DNA of 64,000 nt from Nitrosopumilus sp. (GTDB lineage: Archaea; Thermoproteota; Nitrososphaeria; Nitrososphaerales; Nitrosopumilaceae): the NCBI GenBank assembly GCA_965218785.1, contig OZ244650.1, forward strand, positions 1,792,001-1,856,000. Direction: 5' to 3'. Below are positions 30,256-41,709 of this stretch, piece after piece. The translations under genes and the position numbers were made by a program. The notes beneath the pieces were generated by a model that saw only the letters and a program-made list of their open reading frames with translations, was not told the origin of the DNA and ran no database searches. The stretch's first letter is position 1, and each line of letters begins with the position of its first letter.

Positions 30256-31091
30256 TTCAACATCCTCTCGATTGCCTTGATATTTAGATTGCTTTTTGTA
30301 ATCTTTGCTAGTTTGCCTATCTCTTTGTCAATTTTAGAGATGTTATTTCTGGTCCAAGCAACCTCTTTTGGTGTTACATCAAGCGAGTCCTCTTCTGGTA
30401 AATCAATTTTCAGCATTGGTATGGTTCCTAAAACTGGAACCTTTGTAATTTTTTTTATCTTTGTAAAGCCCGGTTTTAGTACATCAATATCCCCGCGAAA
30501 CTTGTTGAAAATAAATCCCTTGATCATCTTTTGATGTTTTTTTTCCAACAGAGTCATGGTTCCTACTAAACCTGCAAAGGATCCCCCCCTGTCAATATCA
30601 GATACCAGCAAAACGGAGGCATTTACTTTTTCAGCAATAGACATGTTTGCAATATCGAATTTTTGCAAATTTATCTCTGCGGGGGAACCTGCACCCTCCA
30701 GAATCACCAGATCATGGTTTTTTTCAAGCCTGGTCAGGGAATCAGTTGCAGCCCTGATTCCTTTTGATTTTACAAATTTTGCATAATAGTCCTTTGCATG
30801 CATTTTCTTGTAGCGCTTGCCGTTGAGATAGACTGTACTATAGTAATTTCCCAGTGGTTTGAGCATGATAGGATTAAGATCCGGGGTGATTTGGCATCGG
30901 GCACCTATTGCCTGAATTGCTTGGGCCCGAGATATCTCAAAATCAGGCGTGGCATAGCCAAAATTTGACATATTTTGTGATTTGAATGGTGCAACACTGT
31001 AACCCTTGTCAGCAAAGATTCGACATAATGCTGCAACCAATGTTGTCTTTCCAACACCGGAGGCAGTTCCCTGTATCATTAAAGAATTCAT
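30252..31091 (-). CDS. cobQ: cobyric acid synthase, synthetase domain only (279 aa)
   Basis: GTASGVGKT, PFKSQNMS, EGAGSPAEINL, DIDRGG, NKFRGD, LPEEDS; ends without a glutamine amidotransferase domain. Confidence 0.9.
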   Translation of the reverse strand: MNSLMIQGTASGVGKTTLVAALCRIFADKGYSVAPFKSQNMSNFGYATPDFEISRAQAIQAIGARCQITPDLNPIMLKPLGNYYSTVYLNGKRYKKMHAKDYYAKFVKSKGIRAATDSLTRLEKNHDLVILEGAGSPAEINLQKFDIANMSIAEKVNASVLLVSDIDRGGSFAGLVGTMTLLEKKHQKMIKGFIFNKFRGDIDVLKPGFTKIKKITKVPVLGTIPMLKIDLPEEDSLDVTPKEVAWTRNNISKIDKEIGKLAKITKSNLNIKAIERMLK

Positions 31092-32167
31092 GCTACTATC
31101 TCCAATGCATGTATCAGTTTTAGATTCTCCTTATGGGATTTTACCGCAATTCTGATATAATGATTGTTTAAACCTCTAAAACTTTTACAGTCACGTATTA
31201 GGATTTTATGTTTTAGCAGCTTTTTTTGAAGTACCGTAGAGTCTTGTCTTGTTTTAATTAGGATAAAATTAGTTGATGATGCATGGCATTCAAATCCTTG
31301 GATACCGGCAATCCTGTTTTTAAGAAAATTGGATTCTTTTTTTATTATGGATTTTGCTTTTGTAATATGGATTTTGTTTTTGATTGCAGTTAATCCCGCT
31401 TCTTGAGCAAGTGCATTGACACTCCAAGGAATTTTCGTCTTTTGTAAGATGTCTATAATTTGTTTTGAAGCTGCGGCATATCCGATTCTAATACCGGCCA
31501 AACCGAATGATTTTGTAAGTGATCTCAGTACAAAGAGATTATCGTATTGTTTTATTAAATTCAATATTGACTGGTTTGATTCAGGAACTAGTTCAATAAA
31601 ACATTCGTCAACAAATACAAAACAGGATTTTATTTTGGCAGCAGAGATAATTCTGGTTAGCTGTTTTTTTGACAGGATTGTTCCAGTGGGATTATTAGGA
31701 TTGCAAATGAAGACACATCCATTGGCGGGGATCTGGCAAATAAATGAATCAATGTGTTCAGAAAGATTCATTGTTTTAAAAAAAACAATTTTACAATCAG
31801 CCAGCCTTGCAGCAGCCTCATATTCTCCAAACGTGGGAATTGGTATTAGAATGTCTTTTTTTGGCAAAAAGACGCTGCAAAAATTATAGATTATCTCAAC
31901 TGCACCGTTTCCAACAATCAGGTTTGATTCTGGCAGTATAACATATTTTTTGAGACCGGCTATCAGGTCACTTGAGTTAGAGTCCGGATAATGCTCTATT
32001 TGTCCCAGTCTTTTTTTCAGATGTGGTATTACGGATTTTGGCATTCCGGCAGGACTTGTGTTTGAGCTAAAATCCACGATTCGGGGATCCCTGACAGATA
32101 CGGAGTATCTTCCCCCATGAGGCACGGGATTATGTGCCGTGATGGTGGATTTTGTCCTTATTTTCAC
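31088..32167 (-). CDS. cobD: L-threonine-O-3-phosphate decarboxylase (HisC-like)
   Basis: HGG..DFSSN, CNPNNPTG, DECF, RSLTKSFGLAGIRIGY; first gene of the cob operon. Confidence 0.85.
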   Translation of the reverse strand: MKIRTKSTITAHNPVPHGGRYSVSVRDPRIVDFSSNTSPAGMPKSVIPHLKKRLGQIEHYPDSNSSDLIAGLKKYVILPESNLIVGNGAVEIIYNFCSVFLPKKDILIPIPTFGEYEAAARLADCKIVFFKTMNLSEHIDSFICQIPANGCVFICNPNNPTGTILSKKQLTRIISAAKIKSCFVFVDECFIELVPESNQSILNLIKQYDNLFVLRSLTKSFGLAGIRIGYAAASKQIIDILQKTKIPWSVNALAQEAGLTAIKNKIHITKAKSIIKKESNFLKNRIAGIQGFECHASSTNFILIKTRQDSTVLQKKLLKHKILIRDCKSFRGLNNHYIRIAVKSHKENLKLIHALEIVA

Positions 32168-32391
32168 AGTATCAAGTAGGAATAGTCAATATAGTATCTT
32201 TTGGTAGTTTGGCAGTTCTCGCATTATCATGGTATCTGTTTTCTGAATTTACGCTGAAATCCTGTCTGTTTGATGCCAGATATCAAATGCGGTGCCTTGG
32301 CCTGTTTTCTCCAATATTACAGGCATGAGAAATTACGCATCAATATGGAGTTTGAAAAACGATTATTAATTGAAATCGATCAGTTTTAGAT

Positions 32392-33468
32392 ATGGAAAAG
32401 AAAAGAGTGGCAATTATCGGAGTAACTGGTGCCGTAGGACAGGAATTTGTCCAATCTCTTGAGAATCACCCATGGTTTGAGGTAACTCAGATTGCCGCTT
32501 CTGAACGTTCGGCAGGCAAGAACTATCTGGACGCAATCAAGGATGCAAGTGGAATTATTGCATGGGATGTCGGTGGAGAGATTCCAGAATACATCAGATC
32601 AATGACTGTCAGAAAGACAGATGATCTGGATGTATCACAGTTAGATCTGGTATTTTCAGCAGTGGAATCCGTGGCAGCACGTGATATTGAAACTAAAATG
32701 GCAGCAGATTTGCCGGTAATTTCAACTAGTTCTGCATATAGATATGAGGAAGATGTTCCGATTCTTATTCCAGGTATAAACGATGAACAGTCTGAGCTGC
32801 TCGAAATCCAAAAGAAAAACCGTAATTGGAAAGGTTGGGTAGCACCCTTACCAAACTGTACTACTACCGGTTTGGCGATCACATTAAAGCCCTTGCTGGA
32901 AAAGTATGGTGTAAAGAAGGTTATGATGACCTCAATGCAGGCCATCTCAGGAGGTGGAAAGTCCGGAGTTTCTGCAATGGGAATTACTGACAATATTTTA
33001 CCATGGATTCCAAAAGAAGAAGATAAAGTCAAAATTGAGACACGAAAGATTCTAGGCAAATTTAAGGACGGCAAGATAGAGAATGCAGACATTAGAGTCA
33101 GTTGTACCTGTACCCGGGTTCCCGTAATTGACGGACATACTGAATCAGTCTTTGTAGAAACTTCAGAACATATTGATTCTCCAAAAGCCAAAGAACTTTA
33201 CAACTCTTACAATCAATGTATTTCAGTTAAAGGATTGCCTTCGGCTCCAGAAAAATACTATGCATTTCATGATGACCCGACAAGACCTCAACCAAGAATG
33301 GAAAGAAGCGTCGGAGGTGGAATGACGACAACCATTGGAAGGGTGGAAAAAGAGGAATTATTTGATAATGGTCTAAAGTACATGTTGTTCTCACACAACA
33401 AGAAGATGGGTTCAGCAAAAGGCGCAGTGTTGTTAGCAGAAATGCTATACAAAAAAGGCAAGATTTAG
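32392..33468 (+). CDS. asd: aspartate-semialdehyde dehydrogenase
   Basis: GVTGAVGQ, PNCTT, QAISGGG, RVPVIDGH. Confidence 0.93.
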   Translation: MEKKRVAIIGVTGAVGQEFVQSLENHPWFEVTQIAASERSAGKNYLDAIKDASGIIAWDVGGEIPEYIRSMTVRKTDDLDVSQLDLVFSAVESVAARDIETKMAADLPVISTSSAYRYEEDVPILIPGINDEQSELLEIQKKNRNWKGWVAPLPNCTTTGLAITLKPLLEKYGVKKVMMTSMQAISGGGKSGVSAMGITDNILPWIPKEEDKVKIETRKILGKFKDGKIENADIRVSCTCTRVPVIDGHTESVFVETSEHIDSPKAKELYNSYNQCISVKGLPSAPEKYYAFHDDPTRPQPRMERSVGGGMTTTIGRVEKEELFDNGLKYMLFSHNKKMGSAKGAVLLAEMLYKKGKI

Positions 33469-33906
33469 ACTATTTTTGCAAACACGAAATACCGTTGAGA
33501 CAAGCGAATTAAAGCAGTGATTCGAAAAACACCCCCAAAGGCATTGAAAATATCATTTCCGGAAAAAAGATGATAGTTATGGTACGATACGCAGGTATGT
33601 CCTGCAGACAAAGAACAGAGAAAAAATACATACTTTGCAGGAAAAAAACACAGATAGGAGCACCTGATGGGGAGACCAAATGGGTATTCTGATGCAATCA
33701 AGACAATACAGGCAGCACGCACACGATTTCAGTCTGCCCAGGGGTTACGGAACAAATTGGCAGAGGGGAAATAAGGGCCTGTGGAGCCGGTTTTTTCATT
33801 CCATCAAACTCTAGACAAAATGTCTCAGAAAATCCAATCTTTTTTGCAAATTTTACAATAATAACTTTATAAGAACCAGAAATCTAGATCGACTCGGGGG
33901 TTTTGA

Positions 33907-34374
33907 TTGGTTAAAGTAGATGATTTGGATTTGCAAATTTTATCAGAATTGTCCAACGATGCATCGATTTCTGTTCCACAATTATCAAAAAAGATCAAAG
34001 TCAACTCATCAGTGATATATTCAAGAATCAAGAGATTAAGCAAAAGAAAACTAATTGAGCGTTTTACAATTGTTGTTAATTATGCCGAACTTGGCTATAA
34101 TGTCAAAGCTCTGACTGGAATTAACATGGACACAAAAAAACGCGATCATATAATTGACGAATTATTCAAAATTGATGGGGTACGAGAGGTTGCCGAAGTT
34201 ACAGGCAGATTTGACATATTGATAACCATGTATTCAAAATCGTTGGATCAGATGCATAAAATGGTCTCTGAACAAATTGGCAGGATTGACGGAATCCAGT
34301 CTTCAGAGTCGTTTATTGAGATGAAATCGCGAACAAAAGTAATGCCATATATGTCATCAAAGGATACAGACTAG
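33907..34374 (+). CDS. Lrp/AsnC family transcriptional regulator
   Basis: DDLDLQILSEL HTH, EVTGRFDIL. Confidence 0.92.
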   Translation: MVKVDDLDLQILSELSNDASISVPQLSKKIKVNSSVIYSRIKRLSKRKLIERFTIVVNYAELGYNVKALTGINMDTKKRDHIIDELFKIDGVREVAEVTGRFDILITMYSKSLDQMHKMVSEQIGRIDGIQSSESFIEMKSRTKVMPYMSSKDTD

Positions 34375-34376
34375 TA

Positions 34377-35306
34377 TTGCAAAAACAAAAGTCAGAATCT
34401 CGTATAGCTGTATATTATGAATTAACAAAACCAAAGATCTGGTATTTACTGGTGTTTACTGCATTTGGGGCAGCACTAACGGCATCTAATATTTACGGTA
34501 TTGAAGTTTCTCCTGCCACATGGGCATTAATGTTGTTTTCAGTTGCAGCCGGTTCTGCTGCTGCCAATACTTTGACAAACTACCATGACAGGGATATTGA
34601 TGCAATAATGGAGAGAACAAAAAACCGACCTCTGCCATCAAAGAGAATTCATCCGGCATCAAAGGCAAGAAATTTTGGATTTGCACTAGCTGGAATATCA
34701 CTGGTTTTAGCATTTGGAATTTCATTTACAACAACATTGGAACAAGGTGTGTGGGCAACCACGTTCATTGCATTTGGATTGATAAACAATATTCTCGTTT
34801 ATTCATATGCATTAAAACGAAATTCAAGAACCAACATAGTTTTAGGGGGATTATGTGGCGGGTCACCACCGATGATAGGATGGGTGGCTGTAAGCATGTC
34901 GGATTTGTGGACAATGGGTCTTGCAATGGCAGGACTGGTGTTTATTTGGATTCCAATGCACATTTGGGCATTGACTTTACATTTCAAGGAGGATTATAAC
35001 AAAGTCAATGTGCCAATGCTGACTGCAGTACAGTCTGAAAAGACATCAGCGAGGGTAATTGCAGCTTCGACTGTTGTAATGGTATTATTTTCAATTGCAC
35101 CATTTTTTATAACAACTGAAAATGGGGAAGAAATGGTGGGCAGTGTATATCTATGGACCGCAGTTGCATCAGGGGCATTAATGACTGCATTGTCAATTTG
35201 GGTCATAGCTAAACCTATGGAAAAAGCTTCTTGGACACTGTTCAAATTTTCTAGTCCCTACTTGGCAGTATTGTTTATTGCATTAATGGTGGATACCGGA
35301 TTATGA
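34377..35306 (+). CDS. cyoE: protoheme IX farnesyltransferase (heme o synthase)
   Basis: ELTKP, DRDIDAIMERTKNRPLP, WIPMHIWAL, DY..VPML. Confidence 0.95.
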   Translation: MQKQKSESRIAVYYELTKPKIWYLLVFTAFGAALTASNIYGIEVSPATWALMLFSVAAGSAAANTLTNYHDRDIDAIMERTKNRPLPSKRIHPASKARNFGFALAGISLVLAFGISFTTTLEQGVWATTFIAFGLINNILVYSYALKRNSRTNIVLGGLCGGSPPMIGWVAVSMSDLWTMGLAMAGLVFIWIPMHIWALTLHFKEDYNKVNVPMLTAVQSEKTSARVIAASTVVMVLFSIAPFFITTENGEEMVGSVYLWTAVASGALMTALSIWVIAKPMEKASWTLFKFSSPYLAVLFIALMVDTGL

Positions 35307-35510
35307 AATACTGCCATTATCATCAAGACTGTTAAGATCTTTAGTAATTTTGGAGTGTTTTTCCACTAATGTTTCAAGTTCATTTTGTAGCTGTGTAGAA
35401 TCCCATTTTGATTTGATCATGGAGGATAACTTTGAAACAATACTCCATTGAAGATTGTTCTGCTCATCAATTAATTCTAAAAATCGCTTGCCTTTTGCAT
35501 CATCATTCAT
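35301..35510 (-). CDS. small helical hypothetical protein
   Basis: 69-aa ORF with ATG start and amphipathic helices. Confidence 0.65.
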   Translation of the reverse strand: MNDDAKGKRFLELIDEQNNLQWSIVSKLSSMIKSKWDSTQLQNELETLVEKHSKITKDLNSLDDNGSIS

Positions 35511-35597
35511 AATTTTCCGACATAATACAATGATAAAAAGTTAGCATGGGTAATAATATAATTTCAAAGTGTTATTAGGAAATACGGAATATCTGAT

Positions 35598-35762
35598 ATG
35601 TTGAAATGCAGTATATCAAAATGTGGGTTAAAAGCGGTGGAAACCGTGAAAATCAGTTTTAAAGAAACAAGAAAGCTGTGCGAAAATCATTATAAATTAT
35701 TCAAAAATAAGGAGAAAAAGTACCCTGCAAATTTTACCAAGGCGTCAAAATCAGATATATAA
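35598..35762 (+). CDS. 54-aa putative zinc-finger microprotein (below the ORF-track cutoff)
   Basis: MLKCSISKCGLKAVETVKISFKETRKLCENHYKLF...: C-x4-C ... C-x2-H. Confidence 0.6.
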   Translation: MLKCSISKCGLKAVETVKISFKETRKLCENHYKLFKNKEKKYPANFTKASKSDI

Positions 35763-35828
35763 TACTTGGAATTTTTCAAACTTCAAAATTATTGAAAGAT
35801 TTAACACATACGGTTTTTAAACAAAAGT

Positions 35829-36299
35829 ATGGTCGCCAATAAGGAGATTATTAAAAACAAGTCAGCTACAAAGAAGACCACAAAGCCAAAAAAACAAGCA
35901 AAATCTTCAACAAAAAAACCTGAATTTGAAAAAGCGTGGTCAGAATACAATTCGGCACTAAAGGGGTGGAAGGAATCCCTTGCACAATGGCAAAAAGCGA
36001 CAAATGAAACCCTAATAACATATCATGATGCGTGTCAAAAGGCATTAGAATCAGACTCGGAATTATTGAAGAAAGTAAGTTCAAGTTGGGAAAATACATG
36101 GGAAGAAATCGGTCCTGAATATATCAAACAGCAGACCAAGATGATGGAAAATATTTTCAAAGAAACTAATCTTGAATCAATGAAAAAATTCAATGACCAG
36201 TGGGAAAGATTTCTTAAAACATCAGGAGATGATTCGATAAAAGCATATCAAGAGGCCATCAAGAAATTCAATCAAACGTGGCAATCTCAACGGGTGTAA
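35829..36299 (+). CDS. W/Q/E-rich amphipathic helical protein with Lys-rich N-terminus (paralogue of 38812-39255)
   Basis: Clean ORF that aligns by eye with the 147-aa ORF. Confidence 0.75.
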   Translation: MVANKEIIKNKSATKKTTKPKKQAKSSTKKPEFEKAWSEYNSALKGWKESLAQWQKATNETLITYHDACQKALESDSELLKKVSSSWENTWEEIGPEYIKQQTKMMENIFKETNLESMKKFNDQWERFLKTSGDDSIKAYQEAIKKFNQTWQSQRV

Positions 36300-36318
36300 T
36301 TCCATAAATTTAAATTTA

Positions 36319-37521
<1,203 letters not shown>

Positions 37522-37629
37522 TAAAAAATAATAGTTATTTTCTAGTAAATAAGCAAGTCTAAGAACAGCAAAATAATGAATTAGCCTCAAAAAATAAGGT
37601 TATAATTGGTTCAACAATACCGTAAACAA

Positions 37630-38013
37630 ATGGAAATATCAATAGAGCCATGGAAAAAGCTGGTTATTCATGAGGTAATTGAATACAAATTTGAAGACTG
37701 GGTAAAACAAATAGCATTTAGTACAAGAACATCAGGCGGTGGAATACCAACAATGCAGTGGACAAATGGGATTGTTTTTTCACCAGCAAATTTTCCAACA
37801 ACAAATTCCACTGTTGAAGAGCAATTAAAGGGAATTTTGCATTGGTCCTCAGTATCTTTTGCGATTAAGGAAAAATTTGAAAAACAGATCGTAAAAGAAA
37901 ATGCCACTATTAATCTAGTTGATGTTAGCGTAAACGAGATCTTCAAGGAATTGGCGATAAATTTGAAGACACGATCAAAATATGCTGTAGTTAAATCCGA
38001 CAAAGACCAATGA
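37630..38013 (+). CDS. conserved archaeal hypothetical protein
   Basis: EPWKKLVIHEV..WTNGIVF; ATG at 37630. Confidence 0.75.
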   Translation: MEISIEPWKKLVIHEVIEYKFEDWVKQIAFSTRTSGGGIPTMQWTNGIVFSPANFPTTNSTVEEQLKGILHWSSVSFAIKEKFEKQIVKENATINLVDVSVNEIFKELAINLKTRSKYAVVKSDKDQ

Positions 38014-38687
38014 ACATCGAAGAAACAATCAAAAATTGTGAAATATCTCTAAAGCAGATTAAACAATATGATCCTGATCCTTACTATGTAAATCATTTTT
38101 TTAATAAATACATAGACTCTGTAAATGATACAATAAATGGAATTTTTGAAGAAGGAAACAAGGATTTTGGATTGTTTATTTCAGAAAAGATTTCACAGAA
38201 AAAATTTGATGAGAATGCCAGAGAGAAAAATGATGAAAATGCTATGAAATTTTCAGAGTGGTATTCAATGCAGTATAATCATGAACATCAGAATACATAT
38301 CCAAATTTTATAAAAAAAATCTGTCAATTCAAAAATAAATTCGGAAAATTACCTGAAATTAAAGTTATGATCATAGCATCAGAAAGATACAAAAATGACA
38401 TTTATCAGCAAATTAAAATTAATTTGAGTCATGAAAAATTACGTTCAAAAGAAGAGTTAGAAATTGAGATAAAAAGACAATCACCAATATTTTTAGAAGT
38501 AATCAATCATAAAAGAAATGAGAGTGGTGAGCCCAAAGTAAATAAAAATCAAGTAATCGCATCCGCGTTTTTAGATATTGGGGAAGACAAAGATGTGGAA
38601 ATTGTTTATGCGGCTCAAATTTACATCCAAGTCATAAAACGCCTGGTTGAGAAATCAAGAAAGAAAATAAAGGAATTAACTGCATGA
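38010..38687 (+). CDS. hypothetical protein
   Basis: 225-aa ORF with ATGA overlap with the upstream gene. Confidence 0.7.
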   Translation: MNIEETIKNCEISLKQIKQYDPDPYYVNHFFNKYIDSVNDTINGIFEEGNKDFGLFISEKISQKKFDENAREKNDENAMKFSEWYSMQYNHEHQNTYPNFIKKICQFKNKFGKLPEIKVMIIASERYKNDIYQQIKINLSHEKLRSKEELEIEIKRQSPIFLEVINHKRNESGEPKVNKNQVIASAFLDIGEDKDVEIVYAAQIYIQVIKRLVEKSRKKIKELTA

Positions 38688-38811
38688 AAATAATCTCAGA
38701 AAGATTAAATCCAAAATGTGTCAATTCATGATGGATGATAATATCTAACGCTGTAAACGTAATCTCCCGGCACTAGAAGAATAAACCAATGTAGACTTGT
38801 TTCCATTTAGA

Positions 38812-39255
38812 TTAATGACTTTTGGGCCACATTAAAGTCCAAGTTTCAGCAAATTTTTTCATCATTTCCCCATATGCTTGCATTTGTTCCAATCCGGATG
38901 TACTCAAAGTCTTTTGCCAATTTTCAGTAAATTGTGTGAAAACAGAAGTGTTGGAATCATTGAAGGATTTTTTCCAGTTTTCACTAAATTCTTTGAAGGA
39001 TTGAATTCCTACTTCATTCATTGCCTTTTGCCAGTTTTCGCCAAATAATTTCATGGTTTCTGCACTGGATTCAGCAGTGGCCTTGTCCCAAACCTGATTG
39101 AATTTGATTTGCATTTCATTACTTGCATTTTGGATTTGTTCAAAAAGAGATTTCCAGTTTTCAAGAGATTTTGTATATTCCTGCCATAAGGAATCCCATT
39201 CATTTGTTTTTTCTTGTTCAGATATTTCATCTGTTTTTTCATTTTCAGACATCAA
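38812..39255 (-). CDS. W/Q/E-rich amphipathic helical protein with 19-aa internal repeats
   Basis: F-x-ENW-x-K repeated with 19-residue period; paralogue of 35829-36299. Confidence 0.78.
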   Translation of the reverse strand: MMSENEKTDEISEQEKTNEWDSLWQEYTKSLENWKSLFEQIQNASNEMQIKFNQVWDKATAESSAETMKLFGENWQKAMNEVGIQSFKEFSENWKKSFNDSNTSVFTQFTENWQKTLSTSGLEQMQAYGEMMKKFAETWTLMWPKSH

Positions 39256-39305
39256 TTGGGGATAGTTTTCATTATTCTTAAATGGATCTATGAAAATCAG
39301 ATTAA

Positions 39306-40637
39306 TTACTTGAAATATTTCTCTAATTTGATGTTATCAAGTTTTGGAATTCTTGCTAATTCAAATCCTTCTGGACGTTTTGAAAGAGAGCGGGTGGCAT
39401 CAATGCCCATTTTTGCAGTACGTAATTTCTTTTGATCACTGGAGGGATCAAGACTGGAACCACGGACGTTTTTTATAATTATCAAATCTTTATCTGCTTG
39501 AAACCTGGTAGCCATTGCATACTCTACTGATTCTGCATTATTAGGATCAATATCTTCATCAACTATAATTACCTGTTTTAGAGAACGGTGGGATTCAAAT
39601 GCCTTTTTAATAATTTTTTTGGGATCGGACTCGTTTTTCTTTTTTATTTGTACAACAGCATGTAGCCAATTGCATCCGCCGTTAGTCATTGAAATTTGTC
39701 GTGTTTGGGAATAACTTTTCTTCAGTTCTCCATTTAGTTTTGATTCTATGGGCATGCCCATCAAAAACCTATGTTCTGAATAACCAGACAGAACATCATG
39801 GAAGATAGGATTGTTTCTAAAATACAGATTTTCAAGTTCAAAAACTGGTTGAGATCTTTTGTGATCATACGTCTGCAGCATTTCAACCATCCATTCAGGA
39901 TGAGTTTTGTCATGAAGAATTCTTCCTTCCATTACAATTTCAGCGCCGGAGGGTACACTTAATCCCGTAAAGGGGAGTTTTGCCAGAGTTAATTTTCCAT
40001 TCAAAAGAGAATTGGCAATGTCAATTTCATCTTTTCCCCATTCAGCTTGATATGCACCTGCAATAGAAATTGCAGGATGAACTCCTACAGTAAGTGCGAT
40101 TTTTAGATCATCACCGTGTTCTTTGGCGTCAATAAAACATCGGTGCAGATGACGTCCTTCTACCATCCTAATTGAAAAATGAGTTTTATCAATTGGCATT
40201 AATCTGTGAAAAGAAGAATTTTGTTTCTTAGTTTCGGGGTTTTTGACATATGCAATTGAGGATGTGATAAAGGGTCCGGATTCCTTTTCAAAGTGGGTTA
40301 CAATAGGCATAGAAAAGATGTTTTTTGACTTGTTTTCCATGAATTTTCCAGAAGGGATGGTTTTTGGTTTTTTAGCTTTTTTTATTGCTGAAATAATTTT
40401 TTGATGAATGTTATCTTCTGTTCCTCCAACGGCAAGAGCAAATCTTTTTCTAGTCCCTACCAGATTAGCAACTAAATTAAAATTACTTTCCTTGATATTT
40501 TCAAACAAGACAGCATGAGAACCGTCAGCTTTTGCGGTAATTCCTGCAATTTCAAATTTTGTAGAAACTTTTGTTTTTACAATTTTAAGATCTTTGTTCT
40601 TTTTTATTTGAGAAATATAATTTCTTAAATCACTCAT
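39306..40637 (-). CDS. UbiD family prFMN-dependent decarboxylase (possibly anhydromevalonate phosphate decarboxylase)
   Basis: EIVMEG, VDEDID, AMATRFQ, SSLDPS, KMGIDAT. Confidence 0.9.
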   Translation of the reverse strand: MSDLRNYISQIKKNKDLKIVKTKVSTKFEIAGITAKADGSHAVLFENIKESNFNLVANLVGTRKRFALAVGGTEDNIHQKIISAIKKAKKPKTIPSGKFMENKSKNIFSMPIVTHFEKESGPFITSSIAYVKNPETKKQNSSFHRLMPIDKTHFSIRMVEGRHLHRCFIDAKEHGDDLKIALTVGVHPAISIAGAYQAEWGKDEIDIANSLLNGKLTLAKLPFTGLSVPSGAEIVMEGRILHDKTHPEWMVEMLQTYDHKRSQPVFELENLYFRNNPIFHDVLSGYSEHRFLMGMPIESKLNGELKKSYSQTRQISMTNGGCNWLHAVVQIKKKNESDPKKIIKKAFESHRSLKQVIIVDEDIDPNNAESVEYAMATRFQADKDLIIIKNVRGSSLDPSSDQKKLRTAKMGIDATRSLSKRPEGFELARIPKLDNIKLEKYFK

Positions 40638-40971
40638 TCTCAATCATCTCAATAATCTCAGACATTAAGGCTTTTGCAGTTTTTGGTTCCAATTCCTTTT
40701 GAATAAACGCAGAAACCAAGGCAATGCCCCGCATCCTGGTACTAATCCGCTCAGACACAAGTTTTAGAAAAAGAGATTCTGTTTTTGATGGTATGACAGT
40801 AGTTGTAACCGGAGTGGGACCAGTTGATAAAGAGGCGACAACAGAACCAATTTTGTTAGATCCTTCTGTTATAGAGACAAAATATCCATTTTCAAATTTT
40901 TGAATCTGTAAAAAAAAACCGCGACTCTCCAAATTTACCATTTTTTGGAAAAATCCATTTGGAGAGATCAA
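40630..40971 (-). CDS. conserved hypothetical protein (proteasome assembly chaperone-like)
   Basis: 113-aa ORF overlapping the ubiD-family start; the fold guess is tentative. Confidence 0.6.
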   Translation of the reverse strand: MISPNGFFQKMVNLESRGFFLQIQKFENGYFVSITEGSNKIGSVVASLSTGPTPVTTTVIPSKTESLFLKLVSERISTRMRGIALVSAFIQKELEPKTAKALMSEIIEMIENE

Positions 40972-40988
40972 TAAGCTATGAACAAATC

Positions 40989-41450
40989 TTATGCTTTTAT
41001 TGCTATTGATTCATTTTCTGAGGAGGTTTTGATGTCTGGGTTTTTCTTGCAATTCTTTTCGTGTTTGTCTGGATAAACAAACAATTTTTCACAGTATTTG
41101 CAAGGAGTCTTTTCCTTACCTGTCACTTTTGATTTGATTGTCTTTGTTTTTGCAGTTTTAGATTTGGATTTTGTTTTTGCTTTTACAGCAATAACTTCAA
41201 TCTCTTCTGCTTTAGCATTAGCAACAGATTTAGCTTCCATAGAATCAGCCTCAACTCTAGCACGTAATTTTGCCTTGTATTTCAAATTACGTGGTTTTGT
41301 TCTTAATCTATATCCACAACATGGACACCAAAGTCCCTCCCATTTGATGAATATTTCACAAATTTGGCATCGACGCTGTCCAGAAGCATATCTTCCGGTT
41401 CCAACAGGCTTTTGAGCCTTGTATCTAACACAAATTCCTTTACAAGTCAT
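40989..41450 (-). CDS. Cys-rich zinc-binding protein with Lys-rich linker and second C2HC finger
   Basis: CKGIC..RCQICE..CPCCG; CKYCEKLFVYPDKHEKNC. Confidence 0.8.
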   Translation of the reverse strand: MTCKGICVRYKAQKPVGTGRYASGQRRCQICEIFIKWEGLWCPCCGYRLRTKPRNLKYKAKLRARVEADSMEAKSVANAKAEEIEVIAVKAKTKSKSKTAKTKTIKSKVTGKEKTPCKYCEKLFVYPDKHEKNCKKNPDIKTSSENESIAIKA

Positions 41451-41709
41451 CTTGGTAATTTCTTATAGAATTCACAGCTATATAAGGTTGGATCGATAAA
41501 ATCTATAAAAAAAAATCAAAAAATATGAAAATATTTTGAATAATTATGCGATCAGCCTAATTAGTTTCAAAAAAAACGGACAAATCATCAATAAATATGT
41601 ATAGCTGATTTCTGGATCAGATTTTTTGAAAAAATAACAGGTATCAATATAGTTGTTTAACTAAAAATTTCATTTTTTTAGAAAAAAAGACAATAAAATG
41701 TAGGAATCC

